Below are positions 1-12,400 of a DNA stretch of 64,000 nucleotides, piece after piece; position 1 is the first letter of the stretch; each line of letters begins with the position of its first letter. A program made the translations under genes and the position numbers. A model generated the notes under the pieces. It was not told the origin of the DNA. It made no database searches and was given only the letters and a program-made list of their open reading frames with translations. Where the stretch lies: the NCBI RefSeq assembly GCF_004010195.1, contig NC_057755.1, positions 536,399 to 600,398 of the forward strand. Direction: 5' to 3'. The DNA comes from Chiloscyllium plagiosum (lineage: Eukaryota).

Positions 1-215
1 ACAACAACTCACCAGAACGAAGGACCCGATACCCAGGATGAGCAAAACCAATGTAGTGTGCAAAATCCTGCAAGGACTGCACAAAACACTACATAAGACA
101 AACAGGAAGACAGCGAACGATACGCATCCATGAACACCAACTAGCTGCGAAACGACACGACCAGCTATTCTTAGTAGCCACTGCAACAGACAGCTGGAAC
201 TGACAACTGGAAGTG

Positions 216-522
216 TGTTTTAAAAAAATTCTCAAGGTCAGGTTCGTAGGAGAGTAGTCTGACACAGAACAAACGACCAAGAGGCGAGTCTGCTAGAATA
301 TGCTTCAGCTTTTTATTCCCCGCAGCGTCGCCACAACCAGGTACAGCGGGTCTGGCTTATACTCACTCTACATGTTACCGGAACTGGGAGCCGTCAGTTC
401 TCGTAGAGCACCACATTCCATTGCTTGGCCCAATACATGTGTTACATTATTATTCACACATGTATTGGGACATAATTTTTAACCGTTTCACCACATTCCA
501 CTGCTTGGAATTTTACACCACA
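216..522 (-). mobile_element. Solo LTR (307 bp)
   Basis: TGT...ACA termini, 5-bp TSD AAGTG (211-215 and 523-527), AATAAA on the minus strand near 311-316. Confidence 0.7.
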
Positions 523-592
523 AAGTGGTAGAGACAAACCACTATAAATGCCGGTGTAAAACTCACAGAAGCGCTTCACAGGAGGCTTCCAA

Positions 593-632
593 GCACTGAG
601 GATGTCACCTAGACAGGGGACGAAACGTTTGC
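593..632 (+). ncRNA. Minimal type I hammerhead ribozyme motif
   Basis: GCA-CTGAGGA-T-GTCACC/GGGGAC stem II-GAAA-CG-TT-TGC: core boxes, palindromic ACGT stem III, GCA/TGC stem I. Confidence 0.7.
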
Positions 633-1989
633 AACACAAATTCCCAGCTTTACCCACGAGGGTAAAGTAAAGCTAATAGGGGAGGAGTAAGTACAAAAAA
701 ATTAAAATACAAAATACAGGGCAATTGATAGAGTTGACTGATCAATACAGTGGCGGAACCTCAAATTAATAGGGAGTCGATTAAATTCATCGAGATAGGC
801 AGTGAAAGACGGATTAATTCGGAGAGAAGTAAATGGTGAGGAATAGAATGTATTACATACAGGGCAACAGAGATTATTAAAGATACGGGAATAGAGAAAT
901 GATGAAATATCCGGTAACAGAGATGATTTCAAGGTTTAATGTTGACAGGGTGGAAGCAGGCGTAGCCATCTGATGAGCTACCAAGAAAAGGCGACATACC
1001 CTCAAACTTCAGACCCTCAATATTGAGACTTGGATCTCCCTCCGTCCAAGACAAAAAATAGTCGCCTCTGATATTCTTTGCATCCCAAAATCACCTGTCT
1101 CCACCTCACTGAGAACTGCCTCATTCCCTATCTAGTTGACGTTGAACGTCACACATGCCCACCTTTCCATTCCCTCCTGAAGTATTGCCTATCTGCTCTT
1201 TCTGTACTCACATGGGAGAGGATGAATGGCCTTCAGCTGTTCCTCTTTACAATCTCAAACTGAGCTAAATTGTCTCTTCCACTTCCTCCGTATAGGTCTC
1301 AAAAGGGACTTTTTTTAATTCAGTTATCGGCTGAGGATTTCGCTGGCTAGCACAAGTATTTATTACTCATCTCTAATTGCGAAGAGGACATTTAAGTGAC
1401 TACCACAGTGCCGTAGATATGGAATCACATATGGTCTTGACCATTTAAGAATGCAGCTTTCCCTCTCGACACAACATAAATGAACTGCCAATCAACTTGG
1501 TATTTGTGGACATCATTAGCCTCTTTAATTTCAGGCTTTTATTGATTTCAAATTCCACCGTTTGTTGTAGTGGGACTTGAACTTGGGTGCCCAGATATTT
1601 AATTGGGTCTCTCCAAGAACAGTCTAGCGATAATTCCAATTTGGCCGTTGTGTCTCCCTGCTGTATTGCTTCCTCCTGTGCAACAGGCTGCAGAAGGACC
1701 TGACTAAAAACTGAAAGAACTGTGAATGTTGTAAATCAGAAACACAAACAGAAATTGTTGGGAAAACTCAGCACGTTTGGCAGCAGCTGTCGAGAGAAAC
1801 TGGCGCTGAATAGCCTCCTGTTCCTTTGGATCAGACTGAAGAAGGTGCTGAATGATCTCCTAGTCTCGTCTTTCTGGGTGTGTCGACGCCAACAGCACAC
1901 TCATTGTATCATTGAAAATGAAGCAATGCTTTATCACAATGTACACAATGCTCTAAGTGCGGCTGCACTGGATTTTTGTACAGCTGCAA

Positions 1990-2425
1990 CATGACCTCAT
2001 GGCTCAGAAACTCAATCCCTCCAGCAATAAAAACCAACACACCTTACACCTTCTTAATATCCCTATCAACTTGGGTGGCAACTTTCAGGGATCTATGCAC
2101 ATGAACACCGAGATCTCTGTGCTCATCCACATGCTAAGAATCTTACCGTTAGCTTGGTACCCTGTATTCCTGTTACTCCTTCCAAAAGAGAATCACCTCA
2201 CACTTTTCCGCATTATATGACAAACAGCAGTGGCCCCAAAACAGATCCTTACAGTACACCACTAGTAACTGAACTCGAGGTGAACATTTCCCATCAACCA
2301 CTAACCTCTGTATTCTTTCAGCTAGCCAATTTCTGATCCCATGTCTCCTTATTTTCTGTAATTGCAAACCGTGGGGAAACTTATCAAATGGTTTTCTGAA
2401 ATCCAAAGAGAACACATCAACCACA
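1990..2425 (-). mobile_element. CR1/HER1 LINE RT fragment with internal deletions
   Basis: ORF 2173-2424 VFSLDFRKPFDKFPH...IRNWL matches the RT of the other CR1 copies in the window. Confidence 0.75.
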
Positions 2426-3403
2426 AGACATGTTTTGAACTCTTGTCTGGTAATGTGTTAAAACTGAGATTATCCCATTTCTGAGCACTACAGTTTAGGA
2501 AGAATGTCAATGCCCTGGATCGGTTCTGGAAGAAGATTAATAGTCATAGCATCATAGCTACAGACCTTTAACCCCTCAGCCTGTTCTGTTATTCAAATTA
2601 ACTTCATTCATTCGTGTTTGTGACTTATCACTTAATAAATACGCAGAACCAAAGAAGAAAATCTTTCTCAGATTTAACATTAACAACTGGTCCAACATCC
2701 AGTGCCGTTTGTGGAAGAAACTTTCAAACGACTACTCTCTTTTCTGTGTAAAAGTGCTTCTTATCATCGCTCCTGAACACATTGACTCTAATTTGCAGAC
2801 TATATACCTTTCTTTGAGAATTCCCAACCAGGGGATATAGTTTATCTTAATCTACACTGTCTTCTAATTTATAGGAAGAGCAGACCTAATTTGTACACTC
2901 TCCGCTCTTACCTTGTGCACAAAGTAGAGGTATTATTTTTTCAAATCTGCTCTGTATGTATTCTTCCAAAGCCATGGTACTTAGATCTGCTAGTAGTCCC
3001 AGCGTGATCGAACCAGGCTTTTCATAGCTGCAGTGTAACTTCTGTGGCCACATATGGGATGAGTGTGTCACGAGTTAGGAGAGCATGTGTTGCCCTCCCA
3101 AAGGGCCGTTAAGACTCAACCACATTGTGGATCTTGTGTCAGATATGGGCCAGACCAGGTAAGGATGGCTGTTTCCTTCCCGAACGGGCATGCATTAAAC
3201 GTAACCTGTTGACTTTTTAACTGAAAAACACTGAGGCAAAAGATTAATCAGGTCGTTGACCTTTTGCCTGGAGACATTAACAATATCCTCTGGAAGATTT
3301 GCTTTCGTATGGTTTGATCTATTTGCTTCCTTCGTCGGCCTCGTTTTACAGTAATAATGGGACGTGGTTAAATAATTTTATAAATATTAATAAGTTTTAA
3401 ATA

Positions 3404-6400
3404 GATAGAGTCATAGAGTCATAGAGATTTACAGCATGGAAACAGACACTTCGGTCCAACCCGTCCATATCGACCAGATATCCCAACCCAATCTAGTCCC
3501 AACTGCCAGCACCCGGCAAATATCCCTCCAAACACTTCCTATTCATATACGCATTCAAATGCCTCTTAAATGTTGCAATTGTATCATCGACACCACATCC
3601 TCTGGCAGCTCATTCCTTATACGTACCACTCTTCGCGTGAAAAGGTTGCCCCTTAGATCTCTTTTATATCTTTCTCCTCTCACCCTAAACGTATGCCCTC
3701 TAGTTCTGGACTCCCTGACCCCAGGGAAAAGACTTTGCCTATTTATCCTATCCATGCCCCTCATAATTTTGTAACCCTCTATAAGGTCACTCCTCAGCCT
3801 GCTACGCTCCGGGAAATCAGTCCCAGCCTTTTCAGCCTCTCCCTGTAGCTCAGTTCCACCAACCTTGGCAACATCCTTGTAAATCTTTTCTGAACCCTTT
3901 CAAGTTTCAAAACATCTTTCCGATAAGAAGGAGACCAGAATTGCACGCAATATTCCAACAGTGGCCTAGCCAATATCCTGTACAGCCGCAACATGACTTC
4001 CCAACTCCTGTACTCAATACTCTGACCAATAAAGGAAAGCATACCAAACGTCTTCTTCACTATCCTATCTACCTGCGACTCCACTTTCAAGGAGCTATGA
4101 ACCTGCACTCCAAGGTCTCTTTATTCAGCAACACTCCCTAGGACCTTACCATTAAGTGCATAAGTCCTGCTAAGATTTGCTTTCCCAAAATGCAGCACCT
4201 CGCATTTATCTGAATTAAACTCCATCTGCCACTTCTCAGCCCATTGGTCAAGATCCTGTTGTTATCTGAGGTAAACCTCTTCGCCGTCCAGTACACCTCC
4301 AATTTTGGTGTCATCTGCAAACTTACTTACTGTACCTCTTATGTTCGCATCCAAATCATTTGTGCAAATGACAAAACGTAGAGGGCCCAGCACCGATCCT
4401 TGTGGCACTCCTCTGGTCACAGGCTTCCAGTCTGAAAAACAACCCTCCACCACCACCCTCTGTCTTCGACCTTTGAGCCAGTTCTGTATCCAAATGACTA
4501 GTTCTCCCTGTATTCCATGAGATCTTACCTTGCTAATCAGTCTCCCATGGGGAACTTTGTCGAACACCTTACTGAAGTCCATATAGATGACATCTGCCGC
4601 TCTGCCCTCATCAATTTTCTTTGTCACTTCATCAAAAAACTCAATCAAGTTTGTGAGACATGATTTCCCATGCACGAAGCCATGTTGACAATCCCGAATC
4701 AGCCCTTGCCTTTTCAAATAGATGTACATCCTGTCCCTCAGGATTCCCTCCAACAACTTGCCCACCACCGAGGTCAGGCTCACCAGTCTATAGTTCCCTG
4801 GCTTGTCCTTACCACCCTTCTTAAACTGTGGCACCACGTTTGACAACCTCCAGTCTTCTGGTACCTCACCTGTGACAGAGTTCTCGGGTACACCTGATCA
4901 GGTCCTCGGGGTTTATCCACCTTTAACCGTTTGAAGACATCCAGCACTTTCTACTCTGTAATTTGGACATTTTGCAAGATGTCACCATCTATTTCCCCAC
5001 AGTCTGTATCTTCCATATCCTTTTCCGCAGTAAATACTGATGAAAAATATTCATTTAGTATCGCCCCCATTTTCAGTGGCTCCACACAAAGGCCGCCTTG
5101 CTGGTCTTTGAACGTCCTTATTCTCTTCCTAGCTACCCTTTTGTCCTTAATTTATTTGTAAAAACCCTTTGGATTCTCCTTAATTCTATTTGCCAAAGCT
5201 ATCTCATGTCCCAGTTCTGCCCTCCTGATTTCGCTCTTAAGTATACTCCTACTTTCTTTACACTCTTCTAAGGATTCACTCGATCTATCCTGTCGATACC
5301 TGACATATGCTTCCTTCTTTTTCTTAACCAAAGACTCAATTTATATAGTCATCCAGCATTCCCTATAGTTAACAGCCTTCCCTTTCACCCTGACAGGAAT
5401 ATACTTTCTCTGGATTCTTGTTATCTCATTTCTGAAGACATCCAATTTTCCAGCCGTCCCTTTACCTTCGAACATCTGCATCCAATCAGTTTTTGAAACT
5501 TCTTGCCTAATACCGTCAAAATTGGTCTTTCTCCAATTTAGAACTTCAACTTTTAGATCTGGTCTATCCTTTTCCGACACTATTTTAAAACGAATAGAAT
5601 TATGGTCACTGTCCCCAAAGTGCTCCCTCACTGACACCTCAGTCACCTGCCCTGCCTTATTTCCCAAGAGTAGGTCAGGTTTTGCACCTTCTCTAGTAGG
5701 TAAATCCACATACTGAATCAGAAAATTTTCTTGTACACACGAAAGATACTCCTCCCCATCTAAATCTTTAACACTATGGCAGCCCCAGTTGATGTTTAGA
5801 AATTTAAAATCCCCTACCATAACCACCCTATTATTCTTACAGTTGGCTGAGATATCCTTACAAGTGTTTCTCTCAATTTCCATCTGACAATTGGTGGTTG
5901 GGGGTGGGGGGGGGGGGGGGGGGGTGTCTACAATACAATCCCAATAAGGTGATCATCCCTTTCTTAATTCTCAGTTCCACCCAAATAACTTCCCTGGATG
6001 TATTTCCAGAAATATTCTCCCTCAGCACAGCTGTAATGATATCCCTTATCGAAAATGCCACTCCCCCTCCTGTTTTGCCTCCCTTTCTATCCTTCCTGTT
6101 GTGTTTGTATCCTGGAACATTCAGCTGCCAGTCCTGCCCATCCCTGAGCCATGTTTCTGTAATTGCTATGATATCCCAGTCCCGTGTTCCTAACCATGCC
6201 CTGAGTTAATCTGCCTTCCCTATTAGGCTGCTTGCATTGAAATAAATGCAGTTTAATTTATAAGTCCTACATTGTCCCTGCCTTCCCGAACTGTTTGACT
6301 CACTTCTGTTCTCAGCTGTATCCGTCCCAGATCGATCCTCACTATCTCCCTGGGTGCCCCCGCCCCACCTTACTAGCTTAAATTCTCACAAGCAGTTCTC

Positions 6401-7178
6401 GCAAATTTCCCTGCCAGTACATTAGTCCCCTTCCAATTTAGGTGCAATTCATCCTTCTTGTACAGCTCACTTCTACCCCAAAAGAGATTTCAATGATCCA
6501 AAAATGTGAATCCTTCTCCCATACACCAGCTTCTCAGCCATCCATTCATTTGCTCTATCCTCCTATTCTAGCCCTCACTAGCTCGTAGCACTGGGAGTAA
6601 TCCAGATATTACTACCCTTGAGGATCTCCTTTTTAAAATTCTACCTAACTATCTGTAATCTCCCTTCAGAGCCTCAACCTTTCCCCTTCGAATGTGGACA
6701 ATGACCTCCTGCTGGCCCCTCTCCCCCGTGAGAACATTCTGCACGCTCCCTGAGACATCCTTGATCCTGGCACCAGGGAAACAACACACCATTCTGCTTT
6801 TTCTCTGCTGGTCACAGAATCGTCTGTCTGTACCTCGGACTACAGAACTCCCTAACATAATTGATCTCTTGGAAGCCGACGTACCCCTCGTTGCATTACA
6901 GCCAGTCTTAATACCAGAAAATTGGCTGTTTGTGCTACGTTCCCCTGAGAATCCATCACCCCCTACATTTTCCGAAGCAGCATACCTGTTTGAAATGGGT
7001 ATATTCACAAAAGACTCCTGCTCTAGCTGCCTACCTCTCTCACCCTTCCTGGAGTTATCCCATCTATGTGACTGTATCTGAGACTTTCCCCCCTTTCTAT
7101 AACTGTCATCCATCACATACTGTAGCTGTTGCAAATTCCTCATCGCTTCTATTTGTCTCTCCAACTGTTCCACTCGAT
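3404..7178 (-). mobile_element. CR1/HER1 LINE, long decayed copy (ORF1 esterase, ORF2 endonuclease-RT, 3' tail)
   Basis: ORF1 GSSVVRGTDRRFC..VCCFPGARIKDV; endonuclease VMVGDF...GDSDH; RT YMDFSKVFDKVPH, GVPQGSVLGP, FADD; (CTCTATGA)n-type tail at 3404-3430; multiple frameshifts. Confidence 0.95.
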
Positions 7179-9109
7179 TAAAAAAACTAGTCTTTCTCTC
7201 GAATATCCCAAGTAACGTTCAGGTTCTGAAATGTCTATGCCCACAGGTTAGCTTAAAATGCGCGATTACAGCTCATTGAACTAGAGTTGACTCTCTTCTT
7301 CCTCGTACCAAGCTTCCGGGTTTTACATCTCAGTTCCACTGTTTCACTTACACCGGTTCAAAAAAAAATTCAAGATATTGGGTTGTATATGTGGGCCTAC
7401 CACACCGACGCCACTCCCGACATCAGGATTCTTATTCCAAGTTCACAAATTCGTCGGTGTGGACGTCACTGCTGACAACTTCCTCCACCATGACTTCCAC
7501 AAGGAATATAAGATAAAGATGAAGTCTAATCAGCAAAGAAGAATGAACGATGCAACCGGCTTGGTGATTGGAATCAAACGGATTCAGGAGCCTGGATGCC
7601 GCAGACCTGTCAATGCCAGTCACCTTGAAACAAAAATTCATGAGGAAGGGAATGAGAGAGTTTCACCAGGGCTCAAGTGTTTCACCAGTAAAGTGAGATT
7701 ACACAGGTTAGGATTTGTATTGTTTAAATCCACCAACGTCAAGCTTACATTACTGTTTTCTCTGACCACTGCCTCCTGCTGGTCAACAAGGCAACGTGGA
7801 ATCTGAATGTGAAACTGGTATTACCAACAACAGTGGAGGAGCTCAAAAGCGATTCCACAATTTGGAGAAATGGGAAGCCCCTCTCTTAGTCTCCATCAAA
7901 CTGATGGTAACTTTTAAAGGGGAGCATCAAGAGGATCTTTATTCTGAAAAGTACTTTTAATGTGAGAGAGAAATGGGGAGAACTGTTCAGATTCCGGTGA
8001 ATCATGCAGAACCTTCCCGAGATGCAGACGATGGGTGTCGATGCCGTGGTCAATTTCCAGGAGTCGAAGAACCTCAGATGCTTCCAAGATAATCTTCGAG
8101 TCCATGGTCCACACTATGTAGCAGGACGGCACATGCTCATGTTTGCTCTTCGAGAAGTTTCACACGGACTGCTCTGTGCTCAGAGACTGAAGGGAAAACA
8201 TGAATCTGTAACGTTATCACAGCCCGAAATCCTGAATATCAAACCTTTTATGCCAGACAGTATAACATGAACACCACAGACAGCGCATTCACCTGGTCTT
8301 TCCTCCTTACCGATACCAAAATATCGCAGAATAGGCACTTCGAACCTCGATGTTGCACCGACCTATGAACTAATCTAAGCCCATCCCCCTCCACTATCCC
8401 ATCAGCATCCATATGAATATCCAAGGATGTTTAAAAATCCCTCATGTGGCTGCGTTAACTATATGAGCATGTAGAGTATTACCCTCTCTGAGTTAAAAAA
8501 AGGCTCTGACATCTGTCTTAAGTCTATCACCACTCAATTTGCAGCTATGTCCCCTCGTACGTGCCGGCCTCATCATTCAAGGCAAAATGACTCTCGCAGT
8601 CTTCCCTCCCTAATCCTCTGATCAACTTCTAAGTCTCTATTCAATGCTTATTAGCCTTCTTATCTCCAATGATGACAGATCCAAGTCAATCAGCCTTTAC
8701 TCATAAAATCTTTGCTCCAGACCAGATAAATCTCATCTGCACCTTTTCCAATGCTTCTATATTCTTCCTGCAATGGGACGGCGAGAACTGTACACAACAT
8801 TCCAAGTGCACATTTTGCACAGTTGCAGAGGAAAGTAATGAGGTCTCAGATTAAAGATACCCCGTGGAATCCCATCATCGCAGATTCCACAGCTGGGAAA
8901 TTATTCATCTCTTCCAGGAATCTTTAATTCCAGACCTCTATTGAATTAAAATTCAAAATCCAGTGTCTTTGTACTGACAATCCAGTTATAATTCCACTAG
9001 GCCACTGCCGCCACTCGCTGAATGGCCTCCTCTGGTGTAACAGGCGAGAGAGGTGGCTGTTTGCTTCTGAAGCTGTCAATCAGAAACAAAAAAAAAAACA
9101 GAAATTACT

Positions 9110-9345
9110 GTTTACTCAATCAATTTATTATCTGCATCAATTATTGTACCACCCATACCATTGGATTTTAGATGATGATTCAAACTTCTGTGAGGTACTT
9201 TGTGCAATGTCATCTGCAAGTCCAAATGCAACACCAAGACCACCTCCCCTCTATCCACTCTGGTTAAAACTTTCTCAGAAAACTCTAATAAAGTAGTCAA
9301 ACATAACTTCCTTTTCACGATGTCCTGCTTACTCTGCTTGACCCT
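9110..9345 (-). mobile_element. CR1 RT fragment
   Basis: KLCLTTLLEFSEKV...LDLQMTLHKVPH. Confidence 0.7.
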
Positions 9346-9484
9346 TTTCTCTGAATTCCCCTCATCTTCCTGTTTCGAATTGCAAACCCAATATCCCTCT
9401 CCTAAACTACAAGATTTTCCAACTTCAACAATAATATATTCTTGTCGGTCTCCAGACTGCAAACACAACAGTGGCCAAAACCTG

Positions 9485-12400
9485 GGATATGACGGAGTGA
9501 TGAAGGTGTAAGTGGTACGGTACCTTGAAGAGAGTTGAAAGCTTGCATAACTATCTCATATAGCACAAAGTGTTCTGAACAAATTATAATGTGACATTTA
9601 GTCGAACAAAGCCATTCACTGCGTTGCCTGGAGACAAAAACAATTTCAAAATTGTCCAATCAGTCGAAATTGTGACTCAAAATCCCAAAATTGAATCAAG
9701 TCTGAATTTGGTATTTTCACAGTATTAACACCAATGAAACGATACAATGCTGTGTTGTATAAAACTGAAATAAAAATGGACAATTGGAGGAGAACTGCCA
9801 AAAGACCAATAGATGTAGGCTGCTAGTCAGAATTCTCTGAGAGATACCTGACAAGAGAAGACTTTTGCACAGAGAAAAACATTGACACTGATTTGTAGAG
9901 TAAATCTACAGAGGCAAAGAGAAGATTCGACAGCTGGCTGGTTTTGAAATTTGATTTTTTCTGTCACTGTTAATCGGGTATTTTAGCGAACTAGTATTGT
10001 AGAAGAGCAGGTAAATGACAGTTTAGGGAAAGGAGTTGTAAATAGTTGTCAGTTAATTATTCTCTGTTAGGCTGTAACGAATTAAATTCTTATATTATAC
10101 TTCCAATAATGACCTTTTGGGATACTTCTTGACCTGTCAAATTTTATCAGATTACAGCCGGTGGTGGAAATTTTGTGTATTGTTGCATTAAATTATTGGG
10201 GGAGGGGAGGATTTATGCTGCGTCATAACAGATTGGGGGCTTTCATATGAGATTATGAACTGGTTTAGACACATTTGAATAGATTCGTGGGTATGAAGAA
10301 TCCCAATAGATTCAAACGCTCGGAGGTTAAGGTCCAAGAAAATTAAATAAAAAAGTAGATGAGGCAATATGTTTACTTTCGCGGATTTGTAGTTGATTGA
10401 CTTCGAAGTGAGAGAAATGCCTCTTAAAATTGCTAAAGAGGTTCTGGGATTTAACGGTGGTTTTCATAGTTACCAAGAAAGTTGAGAAGGAAAGAAAAAG
10501 GTCATAATTATAGAATTAGCAAAGAAGTTGTATTTCGATTTAACCAAGGACAAAAGTAAAGCTAAAATTTACTAATCTAAAAAGTAAACCTAAAAAGGGA
10601 ATTGCTCAAATACTTTGGTGTGTCAGAGAAACAGACAAGTGCTGTAGAGATAGAAAAACTTAAATTACATTTGAGGAGAAGGGAGTTAGAAGATAAACAG
10701 AGATAAAGAGATGAAACAGAGAAAGAGACAGAAAAGTAAAGAGAGAGAAATGAACGGGAGAGAGAAAGGGAGAGAAGGAAGACAGAGTCACAAAACGAGA
10801 GAGAATTTGAACTTGTGAAATTGCGACTTCCTCAGCAAAGTCAAGTTAACAGAATGTAGATTAAAAGAGAAGGTAGTGAAATACACAAAGATGGGAAAGT
10901 CTGCCACGTTTTGATGAGAAAAATGTTGAAGCCTACTTTGTTTAGTTTGCTAAAATGTTTGGGCAGATGGACTGGCCCAAGGATTTATGGGTAATCCTTG
11001 TTCAGGCTAAACTGGCACGGAGAGCAAGTGAAGTATTCGCTGTGCTGTCAGATGAGGTTTGCAGAGATGATGAAGAGGTGAAATTGGCTATTTTAAGTGC
11101 TTGTGAATTGGTACTGGAAACATATAGACAGCGGTTCAGGAATATAAAGAAGGAAACAGGTCAGACTTATGTAGAGTTTGAAAGAAGTAACCACAGACAT
11201 TTAGCGAGATGGGTGCGTGCTTTAAATACAGATAGGACCGATGAGAGTTGATAATAACTCATGTGGAGGAACAAAATGTTCAGAAATTGAGACTGGCTGT
11301 AAATTAGCAGTTGGTGCATCAGACAAGCATTCGGTCAGAGTTTCGTCTTGTGAGGGATGAAAGTTGGGAAGAGGGGCGATCCTACACTAACAAAGAGTAG
11401 AGAACACTGGTAAGAGTTTACCGCAAGTTGCAAGAAGAAGCCGAAGAGGGTGGAAAGGAGGCGAAATGCCTCAGGTGTTTTCACTGTAATGGAGTGGGAC
11501 ACTGAAAATTAAAGTGCTGGTCGTATCAGAGGGGCAAGTGGTTAAAGTGGTTTTCCCCGCCAGGAGGAAGACCATGTAAAGTCACAATGCTGCTCATAAA
11601 GAAAAGCATTGTGCGAAAAGATGTTGGAAAAACTGCTAAGCCAGTGGCATTAGTGAAGGTAGTAAATGAGACACCACAAACAGTCAAGGAGCAGGAGGAG
11701 AGTGCATTGCCTAGGCAGGGACTGGAGTTGGAGTTAGCACCTGATCTCTGTAAAGAAGTCACTTCTGTGAGTAAAATGTACTCAGAAAGACAGAGGGAGA
11801 AGGGCAAGAAGTTATAATTTTGAGAGCTAAAGAATTAAACAGTCATTGATAGTAAGAGATCAACGAATTTGCAATCTTTCTGACCTGTTCGCCGAGAGTG
11901 TGGTCATTTGTTGGATCGATGGACAGAATTTACCGTTCCCCTATGACAGATTAGGTTGGAGTGCCAACTCACGAAGTAACAGTTCGGGTAATGGACAGAT
12001 TGTCAGTTACAGGGATACAGTTTGCTCTTGGGAACAATTTAGCAGGGTCCAAGGTGGGAGTGAAGCCCCTTCATGTGGAGAAGACTAAGGAAGACAAAGA
12101 AACCAAGGAGGTAAAACAGAAACAGCCTGATATTTTCCCAGACTGTGTTGTAACAAGATCCCACTATCATAAGTCACAGCACGAAGCTAAATCTAAACAG
12201 AAAGATGAATAAGTTGAGGTTCAATTAGCGAACACCCTGTTTGACGTAATGTCGTAGGAAAAGCCTGAACAGTCAAAAGTTAGACAGACGTGTTTAGTCT
12301 TGAAAGGCGAAGGGACTTGCAATAGAAAGACAACATATGTATGTGAAGGCGTGCTCTGAAACAGAGGCACAGATTATTCTTGAAGGTTATTATCTGAAAG

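Larger units (their letters stand above)
1..650 (+). mobile_element. Penelope-like element 3' part (GIY-YIG endonuclease remnant plus terminal repeat), interrupted by a solo LTR
   Basis: Bases 2-180 translate, with one frameshift, to SKTNVVCKI/CKDCTKHYIRQTGRQRTIRIHEHQ, the PLE GIY-YIG pattern. A hammerhead motif sits at 593-632. Confidence 0.8.

Noticed and set aside
969..995. CTGATGAG hammerhead-like start
   Set aside because: No properly placed stem II and GAAA.
1000..1290. Possible Tx1 ORF1 remnant on the minus strand (GMRQFSVRW)
   Set aside because: Too degenerate to support without a search.
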